A stretch of DNA of 53,633 nt from an uncultured Eubacteriales bacterium (GTDB taxonomy: Bacteria; Bacillota; Clostridia; Lachnospirales; CAZTAY01). The notes beneath the pieces were generated by a model. That model searched no databases and had not been told where the DNA came from. It worked only from the letters and a program-made list of their open reading frames with translations. The stretch is taken from contig CAZTAY010000002.1 in NCBI GenBank assembly GCA_964611655.1, positions 1-53,633 on the forward strand, in the 5' to 3' direction. Shown here piece after piece: positions 39,934 to 50,421 of the stretch. Positions within the stretch are counted from its first letter, which is position 1. Every line of letters begins with the position of its first letter. The translations under genes were made by a program, and so were the position numbers.

Positions 39934-42048
39934 CTAAGCTTTAATTTCTTTCATAGCATCTTTAATAGATAGATTAACTCTGCCTTGGGCGTCTATCTCG
40001 GTGCATTTTACGAACACTTTGTCGCCAACGCTAAGCACGTCTTCGACTTTGTTTACACGTTCCTGTGAAATCTTTGATATATGCACAAGTCCTTCTTTTT
40101 CTGGTGCAATTTCAACAAACGCACCAAAGTTAAGGATTCTTGTAACCGTTCCTGAATAAATCTTTCCTGGTTCAGGATCCATCACGATTGAATTAATTAT
40201 ATCCAGTGCACGGTTGATATTGTCTGTGTTTTCACCAGAAACGTAAATTCTACCGTCGTCTTCAATGTCAATATTCGTGCCGGTTTCTTCAATAATCTTC
40301 TTAATTGTCTTTCCTCTTGCGCCAATAACTTCGCTGATCTTGTCCACATCAATGGTTGTGACTGCAATTTTAGGAGCATATTGTGATAGGGTGTCTTTTG
40401 GATTTGCAATTGCCTTATCCATTACTTCATCTAATATATACAGCCTTGCATCCCTTGTTTTGTATATGGATTGCTGGATTATTTCGGGTGTCAAACCGTC
40501 AATTTTAATATCCATTTGAATGGCTGTTATTCCTTCTCTTGTACCTGCAACTTTAAAGTCCATATCACCAAAGAAGTCTTCAAGGCCTTGAATATCTGTA
40601 AGAAGAACAAAATCATCTACAGTATCTCCGGTTACAAGACCTACTGAAATTCCGGCTACTGGTCTTTTAATTGGTACGCCTGCTGCCATTAATGACAATG
40701 AACTTGCGCAAACGCTTCCTTGGCTTGTTGAACCGTTTGAACTTAAAACCTCTGAAACCAGCCTGATAGCATATGGAAACTCTTCTTCTGACGGAATGAC
40801 GGGAAGTAATGCTTTTTCGGCCAAAGCACCATGACCAATTTCTCTTCTGCCTGGACCTCTTGATGGTTTTGCTTCACCAACGGAATATGCAGGGAAATTA
40901 TAATGATGCATATAGCGTTTTGAGTCCTCCAGAATGTCAAGACCATCCAATCTTTGAATCTCCGACAATGCACCTAAAGTGGTTATAGTAAGAACTTGGG
41001 TTTGTCCTCTTTTAAAGAGTGCTGAACCGTGAGTTCTTGGGAGTATATCAATCTCCGCCGACAAAGGTCTGATTTGTTCAAGACTTCTTTTATCAGGACG
41101 TTTATGATCTTTTAGGATCATTCGGCGCACAGTTTTCTTTTCAAACTGATAAAGGGCATCACCTAATTGCTTTTTAAGCAAATCTGAATCACCATCATAA
41201 TCAGTAAGGAATTTTTCTTCTAGCTCTGCTGAGATAGTGCGTATGTTTTCTTCGCGAACTTGTTTAAAGTCCGTAAACACAGCATCTTCCATTCTAGCGT
41301 CTGTAATATATTCAGTAACTTGCTTATAAAGATCTTCAGGAACGCCATACTCCTCATAAGAGTGTTTTTCCTTGCCTTCTTTAGCTACAATTTCATTAAT
41401 AAAGTCAACAACTTTAACATTTTCTTCGTGAGCCATGAAAATTGCTTTAAGCATTAAGTCTTCTGGAATTTCATTTGCACCTGCTTCAATCATCATTACC
41501 TTTTCTTTTGTTGAAGCAACGGTTAATTGTAAGCGGCTTTTTTCTCTTTGCTCTGATGAAGGGTTTAGGATAAGCTGGTCGTCCACATACCCGATCATGG
41601 ATGAGCCGATAGGTCCTTTAAAGGGAATATCAGAGATGGACAGCGCAATTGAGGAGCCTATCATTGCCGCAATTTCAGGCAATGCATCCTGATCAACGGA
41701 AAGCACTGTAAGCACAACTGAAACATCATTTCTATAATCCTTGGGGAAAAGTGGGCGCAAAGGTCTGTCGATTACTCTTGAAGTAAGAATTGCTTTTTCT
41801 GTAGGACGCCCTTCTCTTTTGATGAAACCACCAGGGATTTTACCAACGGAATAAAGCTTTTCTTCGTAATCAATACTAAGCGGGAAAAAGTCAATGCCTT
41901 GTCTTGGTTTTTCTGAAGCGGTTGCTGTGCATAACACAACTGTATCACCGTATGAAACCAAAGCAGCCCCATTTGCAAGCTCTGCCACACGCCCGATTTG
42001 AACCTGAAGCTCTTTGCCGGCAAGCTCCGTTTTATATGTTCTGTACAT
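39934..42048 (-). CDS. pnp: Polyribonucleotide nucleotidyltransferase
   Basis: FFPLSIDYEEK, RREIGHGALAEKAL, SNGSTSQGSVC, DMDFKVAGT, KH and S1 domains. Confidence 0.99.
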   Translation of the reverse strand: MYRTYKTELAGKELQVQIGRVAELANGAALVSYGDTVVLCTATASEKPRQGIDFFPLSIDYEEKLYSVGKIPGGFIKREGRPTEKAILTSRVIDRPLRPLFPKDYRNDVSVVLTVLSVDQDALPEIAAMIGSSIALSISDIPFKGPIGSSMIGYVDDQLILNPSSEQREKSRLQLTVASTKEKVMMIEAGANEIPEDLMLKAIFMAHEENVKVVDFINEIVAKEGKEKHSYEEYGVPEDLYKQVTEYITDARMEDAVFTDFKQVREENIRTISAELEEKFLTDYDGDSDLLKKQLGDALYQFEKKTVRRMILKDHKRPDKRSLEQIRPLSAEIDILPRTHGSALFKRGQTQVLTITTLGALSEIQRLDGLDILEDSKRYMHHYNFPAYSVGEAKPSRGPGRREIGHGALAEKALLPVIPSEEEFPYAIRLVSEVLSSNGSTSQGSVCASSLSLMAAGVPIKRPVAGISVGLVTGDTVDDFVLLTDIQGLEDFFGDMDFKVAGTREGITAIQMDIKIDGLTPEIIQQSIYKTRDARLYILDEVMDKAIANPKDTLSQYAPKIAVTTIDVDKISEVIGARGKTIKKIIEETGTNIDIEDDGRIYVSGENTDNINRALDIINSIVMDPEPGKIYSGTVTRILNFGAFVEIAPEKEGLVHISKISQERVNKVEDVLSVGDKVFVKCTEIDAQGRVNLSIKDAMKEIKA

Positions 42049-42112
42049 GTTAACTCCTTTCTAATGCACTAATGCGCACCATTGATGGCGCGCATTTTAG
42101 TAACGGCTTTAA

Positions 42113-42385
42113 CTACTTTCTAATTCCAAGTTCTGCAATAAGGTCTCTGTATTTGTTGATATCTGTCTTAATAAGATAGTTTAAAAGGCCTCTTCTTTGA
42201 CCAACCATTTTTAAAAGTCCTCTTCTGGAATGGTGATCTTTTTTGTGGATCTTAAGGTGTTCGGTTAAAAGATTGATTCTTTCAGTGAGTAAAGCGATCT
42301 GAACCTCAGGTGATCCTGTATCAGTTGCGGTTCTTCCAAATTTTTCAAATACTGCTTTCTTGTCAATATAAGCTTTCTTAGACAT
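42113..42385 (-). CDS. rpsO: 30S ribosomal protein S15
   Basis: [42 protein letters not shown]; ATG after AGGAGG. Confidence 0.98.
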   Translation of the reverse strand: MSKKAYIDKKAVFEKFGRTATDTGSPEVQIALLTERINLLTEHLKIHKKDHHSRRGLLKMVGQRRGLLNYLIKTDINKYRDLIAELGIRK

Positions 42386-42414
42386 AGTGTTCCTCCTATA
42401 AAAATTATTTATAC

Positions 42415-42460
42415 CAAGTGCCAAGGAATAGGTCGGAGTTTCCTAATACCTAGCACAGGC
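42415..42460 (-). promoter_or_regulatory. Probable S15 autoregulatory leader hairpin
   Basis: Minus strand GTGCTAGG...CCGAC...CCTTGGCAC stem just upstream of the rpsO RBS, as in Firmicute S15 leaders. Confidence 0.5.
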
Positions 42461-42719
42461 ATGCTTTAGCCATTTTAACACAGTTTTTTTTTTAGTTCAA
42501 GAGGAATTTGTTGAAATCAGGATAAAAAAAATCATTTAAAAAATTTTGGTATTCTGTTATACTGTTAAGGACAACAAGGACATTCAAAATTAAAGCTATA
42601 TAACATATTATTATACCATAGAAAATTCCCAGATGTTATATGGTATATACGTATATAAGGCTTTTTTATCCTTTGTTGCGATGCTTTTAAGATAAAGTAT
42701 GACAAGAGGAGTGTTATAC

Positions 42720-45059
42720 ATGCAAATATTACAAGAAACCGATTTTGCCATTCGTGAAATAGTAAAACGTGATGGAAGAAAAACGGTCTTTGATGAAGAA
42801 AAAATAACGGATGCCATAAAGAAAGCTTTTATAGCCACAGGCGAGTTCAAACCTTATTCATACTTCAAGGAAATAAGCGGCGACGTTTTTAGCGAGATTT
42901 ATAAAAGAGGATTTAACACGCCAACCGTTGAACAGGTTCAAGATATAGTTGAAGAAATCTTGATTGCAAGGAACCATGCCCATGTTGCAAAGTCTTACAT
43001 AATTTATAGAGCAGAGAGAAGCCGAATCAGAGAGATGAACGGCAGGCTCATGAAAACTTATGAGGATCTCACGTTTAAGGATGCTAAAGATAGCGATATC
43101 AAGAGGGAAAATGCAAACATAAACGGCGATTCTGCAATGGGCGCAATGTTAAAATACGGTTCCGAGGGTGCGAAACAGTTTTATGAAATGTTTATGTTAA
43201 ACCCCGAACATGCAAAAGCTCACAGGGAAGGGGATATACATATCCATGACCTTGACTTTTTCGGGCTTACAACCACTTGTTGCCAGATTGATATTGTTAA
43301 ACTATTTGAAGGTGGATTCTCAACAGGTCATGGTGTCCTAAGAGAACCTAACAGCATTACAAGCTATTCGGCGCTTGCGTGTATTGCTATCCAGTCAAAC
43401 CAGAACGATCAACACGGCGGTCAAAGTATTGCAAACTTTGATTTGGGTCTTGCCATAGGCGTTCGAAAAACATTTATTAAGCAATATAGAGTAAACCTAT
43501 CAAAGGCTTTTGAGCTTATAATGGATAATGATGACATGGATGATACTCTTAATATTATCCAAAAAGAAATATTAAGCAAGGGCATTGAACTGCGAATTGC
43601 CAATTATGATGCTTACTGTAATGAAGAAAGAAAGATGCTAGTTGACAAAGGTTTTGATGAGAAGGACGTTGAAAGATGCCAGAAGTTTGCAGTTAAAAAT
43701 GCAAGCTCTTCAACTGAAAGAGAAACATATCAAGCAATGGAAGCCTTCATACATAATCTTAACACAATGCATTCAAGGGCAGGTGCTCAAACACCGTTTT
43801 CTTCAGTAAATTACGGTACTGACACGTCATATGAGGGTAGACTTGTCACCAAAAACGTGCTTTTAGCTCTTGAGGCTGGACTAGGAAACGGGGAAACACC
43901 AATATTCCCAATCCATATTTTCAGAGTTAAAGAAGGCATTAATTATAATCCTAATGACCCGAATTATGATCTTTTTAAACTTGCAATTAAAGTTAGTGCA
44001 AAAAGACTATTCCCTAACTTTGCTTTCCAGGATGCTCCTTTTAATATTAAATATTATAAAGAAGGCAGACCGGAAACAGAGATTGCATACATGGGCTGTA
44101 GGACAAGAGTAATAGGAAATGTTTTTAACCCTGATAAAGAAATTACATATGGAAGAGGTAATTTAAGTTTCACCTCTATAAATCTTCCAAGGCTAGCAAT
44201 GTTGGCAGAGCATAGTATAATAAAGTTCTATGAAAGCCTTGACAAAATGCTTGATCTTTGCATGAACCAGCTTGTAGAGAGACTTATGGCAATCTCAAAC
44301 AAAAAAATCAAAAACTTCCCCTTCCTTATGGGAGAGGGTGTTTGGATTGATTCAGATAAGCTTGGAAATGATGAGGAGATTGGCGAGGTTCTTAAGAATG
44401 GAACTTTAACAGTAGGTTTTATAGGGCTTGCGGAATGTCTTGTTTCATTAGTAGGCAAACATCACGGTGAGGATGAAATGGCAAGACAGTTAGGACTTGA
44501 AATTGTTACGCATATGCGTCAGCGACTTGATGAGAGAGCAGCCCAATTAAAGCTTAACTTCTCACTAATTGCAACACCGGCAGAAGGTCTTTCGGGACGT
44601 TTTGTTGAAATTGACAAAAAAGTTTTTGGAGTAATAAAAGGAATAACCGATAAAGATTACTATACAAACAGCTTTCATGTGCCTGTTTATTATGAAATTA
44701 ATGCTTTTGAAAAAATTAAAATTGAAGCACCTTATCATGAGCTTACAAACGCAGGTCATATCACATATGTTGAAATGGATGGCGATATGTCAAAAAACCT
44801 TGAAGCTTTTGAAAGCGTCATAAGGTTCATGAAAGAACAGGGTATAGGCTATGGTTCTATAAATCACCCTGTTGACAGAGATCCTGTTTGTGGCTATAAC
44901 GGCATTATTGATGACACTTGTCCAAAATGCCAAAGAACCGAAGCTGATTTGCCATTTGAAAGAATCAGGAGAATCACAGGATATCTTGTGGGAACGCTTG
45001 ACAGGTTTAATAATGCAAAGCTTTCGGAAGTAAGAGAAAGAGTTAAACACGGCTTATGA
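42720..45059 (+). CDS. nrdD: Class III anaerobic ribonucleoside-triphosphate reductase with ATP cone
   Basis: IVKRDGR ATP cone, HIHDLDF, TTTCCQ, YMGCRT, ATPAEGL, CPKC, RRITGYL. Confidence 0.97.
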   Translation: MQILQETDFAIREIVKRDGRKTVFDEEKITDAIKKAFIATGEFKPYSYFKEISGDVFSEIYKRGFNTPTVEQVQDIVEEILIARNHAHVAKSYIIYRAERSRIREMNGRLMKTYEDLTFKDAKDSDIKRENANINGDSAMGAMLKYGSEGAKQFYEMFMLNPEHAKAHREGDIHIHDLDFFGLTTTCCQIDIVKLFEGGFSTGHGVLREPNSITSYSALACIAIQSNQNDQHGGQSIANFDLGLAIGVRKTFIKQYRVNLSKAFELIMDNDDMDDTLNIIQKEILSKGIELRIANYDAYCNEERKMLVDKGFDEKDVERCQKFAVKNASSSTERETYQAMEAFIHNLNTMHSRAGAQTPFSSVNYGTDTSYEGRLVTKNVLLALEAGLGNGETPIFPIHIFRVKEGINYNPNDPNYDLFKLAIKVSAKRLFPNFAFQDAPFNIKYYKEGRPETEIAYMGCRTRVIGNVFNPDKEITYGRGNLSFTSINLPRLAMLAEHSIIKFYESLDKMLDLCMNQLVERLMAISNKKIKNFPFLMGEGVWIDSDKLGNDEEIGEVLKNGTLTVGFIGLAECLVSLVGKHHGEDEMARQLGLEIVTHMRQRLDERAAQLKLNFSLIATPAEGLSGRFVEIDKKVFGVIKGITDKDYYTNSFHVPVYYEINAFEKIKIEAPYHELTNAGHITYVEMDGDMSKNLEAFESVIRFMKEQGIGYGSINHPVDRDPVCGYNGIIDDTCPKCQRTEADLPFERIRRITGYLVGTLDRFNNAKLSEVRERVKHGL

Positions 45060-45553
45060 AATTAAGAATTGCAGGAATGACGGACGATTCTATTGTTGAC
45101 GGACCAGGGCTTAGGTTTACCTTGTTCTTACAGGGCTGTAACTTAGCATGCAAGGGTTGTCATAATCCTGAAACCCAGGACATGAACGGCGGTAAAGAGG
45201 TTTCAATTGATGAAATATTGCAGCGTATTGAAAGAAATCCGCTGCTTTCAGGTGTGACCCTATCAGGGGGGGAACCGTTTTTGCAGGCGGACGCACTTTT
45301 ATCACTCGTAAACGCTATAAAAGGTAAACTGCCATCGCTTAATATAATAGCTTACACAGGTTATCTGTGGGAAGAACTTTTAACAAATGAATCCTACAAA
45401 AGATTGATGGAAAAAATAGACATAATAATTGACGGAAGATATATCCAGGAACAAAAAAGTCTTGCTCTGAAATTTGTAGGTTCAAAAAACCAGAGAGTTA
45501 TCGATGTTAGGTCAAGTCTTGCAGAGGGCAAAGTTGTATTGCACGAGTTTTAA
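45056..45553 (+). CDS. nrdG: Anaerobic RNR activating radical-SAM enzyme
   Basis: SIVDGPGLR, CNLACKGCHNP, GVTLSGGEP, GSKNQRVID. Confidence 0.97.
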   Translation: MKLRIAGMTDDSIVDGPGLRFTLFLQGCNLACKGCHNPETQDMNGGKEVSIDEILQRIERNPLLSGVTLSGGEPFLQADALLSLVNAIKGKLPSLNIIAYTGYLWEELLTNESYKRLMEKIDIIIDGRYIQEQKSLALKFVGSKNQRVIDVRSSLAEGKVVLHEF

Positions 45554-45830
45554 AGGCGTAGGGAAAGTATATCAACTATGTTTAAAATGTAGACAAATGC
45601 AGACAAAAGGACTAATGTGTTTAACACCTAAAATTAGAGATTCAACTCTTTACCAACATCTCATAAATAATTGATTGTCAATAATCTAAGCATAGAGGAA
45701 AATATAATCCTCTATGCTTTTTTAGTTAAGGTATAATACACAAGGATTGTGTGAATTATGCCAATATGTTATAATTTTAGAATAACCCATGCTCTGACTC
45801 AGTTTAATTAGATAGGTTGTGAATTAGATA

Positions 45831-46865
45831 ATGAACTTAAGACATAGAATTTCTAAATTTAAGCATGTAAAAAGTTTTTTTATTCTGTTTTTATACCTGT
45901 TCTTTTGGCTCTGTTGCGGAATAATGTATTGGGTTATAGCTAACAGCACGCAAGGTGAATCCTTCTTATTTCAGGAAGACATACTTTTAAAGTCAAAGAA
46001 CGTGATTTTCCAAGAAAAAATGAATATCAATATCAACTATAACATCACAAAAGAGCTTTTTAAGAACTTCAATAAAAATGTAATTCCACTTAAACTAACT
46101 TCCAACGATAACCCTGTTATAACTTACAACTATGATTCGGCACGAGGACTTTCTCCCATAGGCAACTATTGGGCTGATTATTATGCAAATAGGTGGAAAA
46201 ACGAGGGATTCAATTTCTTTTATTTACAATTGTTAGAATCCGACGACCAAATTATAGGCAATGAAAAATACAGTAAATTGAGAATGAGTATAATAGAGAT
46301 TCCGGAAGAATATGTGATGCGAAAAAACGTAGGAGAAGTATTGGTTCTCCCTATAGGAGAATATTTTAAATATTTATCAAAGGAATATGACTATTATATC
46401 TGGGTTCCACGTACAGCTCTAAGCCATGAAATCCCAACCACTAATAAATTATACACTTTTCAAGACATGTCAGACAAATTCTTTGATATTAGTCTTATCG
46501 ACTATTACCTGCAAAACTCAATCAACTTTTTTGATGATTCAATAGATGTAATCTATGACATTGAAATAAATAGCCTGACAAGTTATTCGTTAGTTGACTT
46601 TTTGTATTTCAGCGCTATCACTATTTCAACAGTTGGATACGGTGACATATTACCCAATTCATCAACAGTCAGGGTTATAGTAATGCTAGAATCCATGATA
46701 GGTATGGTATTGCTAACAATTTTTATTTCAGCTTTCTATGACGAGTTGAAGCATTTTAATAAAATATCTATTGTGCATACACGAACAAAACCTCATATTA
46801 AAATCAGCAGGAAACATTCAAGGCATTCACATCATAAAAATGAACCCGAGGAAAAGACGGATTAA
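45831..46865 (+). CDS. Potassium channel family protein (2TM with large insertion)
   Basis: FLYFSAITISTVGYGDILP pore and filter; TM helices at both ends. Confidence 0.8.
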   Translation: MNLRHRISKFKHVKSFFILFLYLFFWLCCGIMYWVIANSTQGESFLFQEDILLKSKNVIFQEKMNININYNITKELFKNFNKNVIPLKLTSNDNPVITYNYDSARGLSPIGNYWADYYANRWKNEGFNFFYLQLLESDDQIIGNEKYSKLRMSIIEIPEEYVMRKNVGEVLVLPIGEYFKYLSKEYDYYIWVPRTALSHEIPTTNKLYTFQDMSDKFFDISLIDYYLQNSINFFDDSIDVIYDIEINSLTSYSLVDFLYFSAITISTVGYGDILPNSSTVRVIVMLESMIGMVLLTIFISAFYDELKHFNKISIVHTRTKPHIKISRKHSRHSHHKNEPEEKTD

Positions 46866-46880
46866 AAGGAGGAGACTACT

Positions 46881-47765
46881 ATGAAGCTAATAACCTACAA
46901 GTATGAAGGAGAAGAAGACATAGGCATTTTACGTAATGAGGACAGGGAAGTAGTCCCACTTAAAGAGCTAGGGTATATCTTTGGCAGCATGAACCGACTA
47001 ATTGTGGCTTGGGAGCAGATTGATCATTTAGAACTTGAAAAAAAAGCAGGTGTATATAAGGGGGAATGTTTACATTATTCTGATGTTTTAAAGATGCCGC
47101 CAATCATTACACCTATGCAAGATGTGATTTGTCTTGGGCTTAATTATGAAGAGCATACTAAAGAGACGTCTGTGTTAAAGGACAGTGCTCCAACTGGCAG
47201 ACCACAAAACCCAATTTATTTTTCAAAACGAGTGAATGAAGCTGTAGGTGATGGTGGTTTTGTTGAGACTCATGGAGGATATGCCTTAGAGCTTGACTAC
47301 GAGGTTGAGCTTGGGATTATAATCGGAAAGGATGCAAAAAACGTACCAAAGGATCAGGTTTTTGATTATGTAATGGGTTATACAATTATAAACGATATCA
47401 GTGAAAGGTATTTACAAAGAACCCATACACAGTGGTATCTTGGCAAGAGTCTTGACGGTTTTACGCCAATGGGACCATGTATTGTGACGAAAGACCAGTT
47501 CGAAAACCCGCCTGTTCTTAAAATAATGTCAAGGGTTAACGGTGAATTAAGGCAAAACAGCAGCACAGATAATTTAATTTTCTCTATTCCCCATATAATT
47601 TCAGAGCTTTCAAGGGGGATGACATTAAAAGCCGGAACTATCATAGCAACAGGCACGCCGTCGGGGGTTGGAATGGGCTTTAACCCACCTAAATATCTAA
47701 AACCTGGGGATGTAGTTGAATGTGAAATCCAGGGTATCGGAATACTTCGTAATGTAATTCGTTAA
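46881..47765 (+). CDS. Fumarylacetoacetate hydrolase family protein
   Basis: ICLGLNYEEH, LDYEVELG, YTIINDISER, KSLDGFTPMGP, IIATGTPSGVG. Confidence 0.95.
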   Translation: MKLITYKYEGEEDIGILRNEDREVVPLKELGYIFGSMNRLIVAWEQIDHLELEKKAGVYKGECLHYSDVLKMPPIITPMQDVICLGLNYEEHTKETSVLKDSAPTGRPQNPIYFSKRVNEAVGDGGFVETHGGYALELDYEVELGIIIGKDAKNVPKDQVFDYVMGYTIINDISERYLQRTHTQWYLGKSLDGFTPMGPCIVTKDQFENPPVLKIMSRVNGELRQNSSTDNLIFSIPHIISELSRGMTLKAGTIIATGTPSGVGMGFNPPKYLKPGDVVECEIQGIGILRNVIR

Positions 47766-47844
47766 ATGAAATCTCAAATCTCAAATATTTTATATTTGTT
47801 ATTAATAATAAAATCTTAGACAGAAAGAACTATAGGGTGACTTT

Positions 47845-48279
47845 ATGATAATTGATAAGGCTAAAAGGGAAGACATTAAAGATTTAGGTACATTGTATTT
47901 TCAGTTGTCGGAGAAGGATGCAAATTCAAAAAAAAGTGAGACTATTATTGAAAGAATACTACAAAATGAATTTTATCACTTGATTGTTGTTAGGGATCAG
48001 AATGACAGAGTTATAGGAACTGCCATGGGTATCCTTTGCTATGATTTAGTTGGAGATTGTCAGCAATTTATGGTGATTGAAAATGTTGTAGTATTAGAAG
48101 AATACCGGGGTAAGGGCGTTGGGAAAATGATTCTGACACATTTAGAGTCCATTGCTTACTCTAATAATTGCAGCTACATAATTTTGGTTTCCAGTAGTGA
48201 CCGAATAAATGCACATAAATTTTACAGAAGCTTAGGTTATACCGAGGACAAAGGGTTTAAAAAGGAAATTAAATATTAA
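47845..48279 (+). CDS. GNAT family acetyltransferase
   Basis: IENVVVLEEYRGKGVGK, AHKFYRSLGY. Confidence 0.92.
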   Translation: MIIDKAKREDIKDLGTLYFQLSEKDANSKKSETIIERILQNEFYHLIVVRDQNDRVIGTAMGILCYDLVGDCQQFMVIENVVVLEEYRGKGVGKMILTHLESIAYSNNCSYIILVSSSDRINAHKFYRSLGYTEDKGFKKEIKY

Positions 48280-48521
48280 TTTCAAGGGTTTGCGAAGTCG
48301 AATAAGCCCGCATAGGGTTTTGCACGGCATTATTTAATGTATGAGTGAGATTTGTAGTGCTTTTGTCACAACTGCGGATATAAATACTAAGTTTTCAGAG
48401 AAGCTTTTTGAACGTAGACTAAACCCTCAACCAAGTTGACAATTTACAAAAGCTGTTGTATAAATAAAGTATTGTTATTATTATATATTCGTAACAACAT
48501 TTTGTATTATGGAGGTGTGCT

Positions 48522-48986
48522 ATGAAAAGAGTTGAAGATTCATATACTGTACAGGTGCGTGGGCTACGTTATCAATATTTAAACGGACAGAGGCGTCTTT
48601 TCGGGGGTTCTCTTATGCAATGGATTGACGAGGTTGCCGGAATTGTTGCAACAAGACATTCAGGTTCAAACTGTATAACCGCTGTTGTTGACAGCCTTGT
48701 TTTTAAAGAACCTGCATATGTTGGGGATCTTATAGTATTAAAAGGTGAAATGACATATACAGGAAGAACATCAATGGAAGTTAAGGTTGATACCTTTAGG
48801 GAAAATCAACAGGGAGAAACAGTGCTTATAAATAGAGCATACCTTGTTATGGTTGCAATAGATGATAACGGCAAACCTAGGGAAGTTGAGTCTTTAGTTC
48901 CTGAAACTGATGAACAGAAACGCGAATGGGCTATGGGCGAAAAACGTTATAAACTGCGTACTGAACGCCGTAAAGAAGATTATTAA
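48522..48986 (+). CDS. Acyl-CoA thioesterase (hotdog fold)
   Basis: LFGGSLMQWIDEVAGIVA, YTGRTSMEV, YLVMVAIDDNGKP. Confidence 0.93.
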   Translation: MKRVEDSYTVQVRGLRYQYLNGQRRLFGGSLMQWIDEVAGIVATRHSGSNCITAVVDSLVFKEPAYVGDLIVLKGEMTYTGRTSMEVKVDTFRENQQGETVLINRAYLVMVAIDDNGKPREVESLVPETDEQKREWAMGEKRYKLRTERRKEDY

Positions 48987-49085
48987 TTACAAGTTAGTTT
49001 TAGTGACAGCCGGCATTTTTGCCGGCTGTTTTTTAATTCCTCCTATTGGACAACCTTCCTTTGTGCTAAAATTAATAATAATACA

Positions 49086-49130
49086 TTGACAAAACACATA
49101 ATATTGAATATAGTATATATATACAATATT
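49086..49130 (+). promoter_or_regulatory. Sigma-A promoter with overlapping dyad, probable GntR operator
   Basis: TTGACA-17 bp-TATAGT; aatattgaatata-N5-tatatacaatatt (12 of 13 match). Confidence 0.65.
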
Positions 49131-49150
49131 ACTGCGGAGGGCAATACTTT

Positions 49151-49525
49151 TTGGATATTTTAATAAGTAACTCAAGTGGTCAACCAATATATGACCAAAT
49201 TTATACTCAAATAAAATCTAAAATCGTTTCCGGTGAACTACATGAAGGCCAAACATTGCCATCAATGCGTTTGCTGGCAAAAGAACTTCGCATAAGCGTA
49301 ATTACAACTAAGCGTGCTTATGAAGAACTGGAGCGTGATGGATTTATCGTTTCTGTCACAGGCAAAGGAAGTTTTGTTGCAAGTAAAAATGTAGAATTAA
49401 TCAGAGAAGAAATTTTACGAAGGATTGAAGAGCATATGCAAGAAATTATCGAACTTTCTTCAAGCTGCAATTTAAGTCTTGAGGATTTGCATCAAATGCT
49501 TACACTGATTTACAAAGTGAATTGA
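49151..49525 (+). CDS. GntR (YtrA subfamily) regulator
   Basis: PIYDQI, LPSMRLLAKELRISVITTKRAYEELERDG, GKGSFV; TTG start. Confidence 0.95.
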   Translation: MDILISNSSGQPIYDQIYTQIKSKIVSGELHEGQTLPSMRLLAKELRISVITTKRAYEELERDGFIVSVTGKGSFVASKNVELIREEILRRIEEHMQEIIELSSSCNLSLEDLHQMLTLIYKVN

Positions 49526-49578
49526 TTCAGAAACAAAACCATGCAAAAAAGTCAGATTTCTACATATGGAGGATAAAA

Positions 49579-50421
49579 ATGACTAATGCAATTAAGATTA
49601 AAAATCTCACAAAACGATATAAAGACTTTACTTTAAATAATGTGAATCTAACCTTGCCTTCAGGCTGTATCATGGGTTTTATCGGAGAAAATGGAGCAGG
49701 AAAAAGCACTACAATTAAGCTTATACTTGATTTAATCAAGCGTGACAGTGGCCAAATAGAGGTTCTTGGAAATGCAGATTTTAATAATAAATCATTAAAA
49801 GAACATATTGGTGTTGTAATGGACGAAAGCAGTTTTCCTGAAAATTTGTCTGTCAAAGAAATAGCAGTATTAATGAAAAATTGTTATAAAACATGGAACG
49901 AAAAGTCTTTTGAGAAGTATGTTATAAGCTTTTCGCTGCCAACCAAAAAACCTATAAAAGAGTATTCAAGAGGAATGAAAATGAAGCTTTCTATTGCCGT
50001 TGCACTTTCTCATGACAGTAAGCTCTTGATATTGGATGAGGCAACTAGTGGACTTGACCCTATTGTTCGGGATGAAATTCTTGATGTATTCATGGATTTT
50101 ATACAGGATGAAAACCACAGTATACTTATATCTTCACATATTATAAGTGACCTTGAAAAAATATGTGATTATATTACATTTATACATAAAGGTAGTATAA
50201 TATTTTCTGAAGAAAAGGATGTACTTCTCAGTAAATATGCTCTTATTAAGTGTTCCGAGGCAGAATATGAGTTTGTTGACAAATCAGCTATAATAGGTGC
50301 TCGAAAAAGCAGTTTTGTTGTTGAAGCCCTAGCACTAAAAAGTAAAATTAGAGCTGACATCAAAACGGACATAACCACCATTGAAGATATCATGCTTTAT
50401 TTTGTCAAGGAGGGTAAATAA
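49579..50421 (+). CDS. ABC transporter ATP-binding protein
   Basis: GENGAGKST, YSRGMKMK, LILDEATSGLD. Confidence 0.95.
   Translation: MTNAIKIKNLTKRYKDFTLNNVNLTLPSGCIMGFIGENGAGKSTTIKLILDLIKRDSGQIEVLGNADFNNKSLKEHIGVVMDESSFPENLSVKEIAVLMKNCYKTWNEKSFEKYVISFSLPTKKPIKEYSRGMKMKLSIAVALSHDSKLLILDEATSGLDPIVRDEILDVFMDFIQDENHSILISSHIISDLEKICDYITFIHKGSIIFSEEKDVLLSKYALIKCSEAEYEFVDKSAIIGARKSSFVVEALALKSKIRADIKTDITTIEDIMLYFVKEGK

Noticed and set aside
42600-42660. NrdR boxes upstream of nrdD
   Set aside because: A tataccata/tatggtata dyad is present but does not fit the tandem 16-bp NrdR consensus well enough
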